A DNA stretch of 34,861 nucleotides from Candidatus Tagabacteria bacterium CG09_land_8_20_14_0_10_41_14 (GTDB taxonomy: Bacteria > Patescibacteriota > Minisyncoccia > JAHISW01 > Tagabacteraceae): positions 1,101 through 35,961 of the forward strand of contig PEZL01000005.1 of NCBI GenBank assembly GCA_002774055.1. The letters are read 5' to 3'. The translations under genes and the position numbers were made by a program. Shown in pieces: positions 33,910 to 34,861 of this stretch. How positions within the stretch are numbered: the first letter of the stretch is position 1; the number at the start of each line of letters is the position of its first letter. The notes under the pieces are model-generated. The model worked only from the letters and a program-made list of their open reading frames with translations, was not told the origin of the DNA and made no database searches.

Positions 33910-34861
33910 GGAAAAATTTTACGTTACAACTGCCATTGATTACGTCAATGGCGCGCCTCATTTAGGCCATGCTTTGGAAAAGATTCAGGCCGATGTCATT
34001 GCCCGCTATCAGCGTATGTTTGGTGAAAAAGACGTCTATTTTTTGACCGGCACCGACGAGCATGGAATAAAAATCGTTCAGTCGGCCGAGGAAGCCGGCC
34101 GAAAAGTTGAAGACTTTGTCGATTTGAATGTTGAAAAGTTTAAAAAACTTTGCGCGGATTTGAATATTTCTTATAGCGATTTTATTCGCACTTCCGACAA
34201 AAAAAGGCATTGGCCCGTGGCGCGGAGTATCTGGAAAAAAATGGAAGAGGAGGGGGATATTTATAAATCAAAATATAAGGGATTTTATTGCGTCGGTTGC
34301 GAGGCCTTTATAACGGAGAAAGATTTGATTAACGGAAAATGCCCGTATCACGAATCTTTGGAGCCGGAGTTGATAGAGGAAGAAAATTATTTTTTTAAAC
34401 TTTCAAAGTATGCCGCCGAGATTCGTAAAAAAATTGAGACGGATGAATTGTTAATTTTGCCGGAAGCCAGAAAAAACGAAGTTTTGGAAATACTTAAAGA
34501 CGTGAAAGACATCAGTTGTTCCAGGCCGGCCGAGAAAGTGTGTAATTGGGGCGTGCCGGTGCCGGGCGATGAATCGCAAATTATGTACGTTTGGATAGAG
34601 GCCCTTACGAACTATTTACAGCCAAAAGATTTTTGGCCCGCTGATACGCATGTGATAGGAAAAGATATTCTCCGTTTTCACGCCGTTGTGTGGCCGGCGA
34701 TGCTTTTGTCCGTCGGATTGGAATTGCCGAAAAAAATTTTTGCGCACGGATTTGTTTTATCGGGCGGTAAAAGAATGTCTAAAAGTTCGGGAAATGTTAT
34801 TGACCCGTTTGAATTGATAGAAGAATATGGCGCTGACGCCCTGCGTTATTACCTGCTTCGG
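33908..34861 (+). CDS. metG: Methionine--tRNA ligase (partial, runs off the window end)
   Basis: Manual translation MEKFYVTTAIDYVNGAPHLGHA...LTGTDEHG...YCVGCE...GKDILRFH...RMSKS; absent from the ORF track. Confidence 0.96.
   Translation, partial: MEKFYVTTAIDYVNGAPHLGHALEKIQADVIARYQRMFGEKDVYFLTGTDEHGIKIVQSAEEAGRKVEDFVDLNVEKFKKLCADLNISYSDFIRTSDKKRHWPVARSIWKKMEEEGDIYKSKYKGFYCVGCEAFITEKDLINGKCPYHESLEPELIEEENYFFKLSKYAAEIRKKIETDELLILPEARKNEVLEILKDVKDISCSRPAEKVCNWGVPVPGDESQIMYVWIEALTNYLQPKDFWPADTHVIGKDILRFHAVVWPAMLLSVGLELPKKIFAHGFVLSGGKRMSKSSGNVIDPFELIEEYGADALRYYLLR

Noticed and set aside
1021..34210. Numerous antisense and overlapping ORFs in the track (e.g. 1519-2064, 3110-3652, 15913-16422, 33962-34210)
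   Set aside because: Shadows of well-supported genes with no motifs of their own.

Overview
Bacterial chromosomal segment, most likely Patescibacteria/CPR (Parcubacteria-like). That assignment is inferred from a typical surface-protein N-terminus, split comEC, near-leaderless genes and rplK without an adjacent rplA. The genetic code is standard. The content is mostly housekeeping: tRNA-Val(GAC), recJ, rnhA, comEC (two parts), ndk, a beta-CASP RNase, LOG, MgtC, a permease, an EndoQ-family nuclease, polX, ssrA/smpB, a shuffled secE-nusG-rpmI-rplT-infC-rplK block, a dCMP deaminase, argS, ileS, recO, a frameshifted glyQS, an M16 peptidase, an AI-2E transporter and a partial metG. There are also three RelE-superfamily toxin-antitoxin modules and a small decaying island (two kinase/NDT-like remnants and an ftsH pseudogene). 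Most notable observations: (1) a nested miniature-repeat system in which GC-rich palindromes sit precisely between units of 7-bp tandem arrays, in frame inside essential genes, and several repeats supply start or stop codons; (2) an IleRS2 with a GIHH motif and a complete inserted histidine-phosphatase domain; (3) a TA cassette bracketed by a synonymously diverged duplicate of the argS 3' end; (4) an AbrB-RelE TA pair running directly into smpB, whose last codons overlap the tmRNA 5' end.
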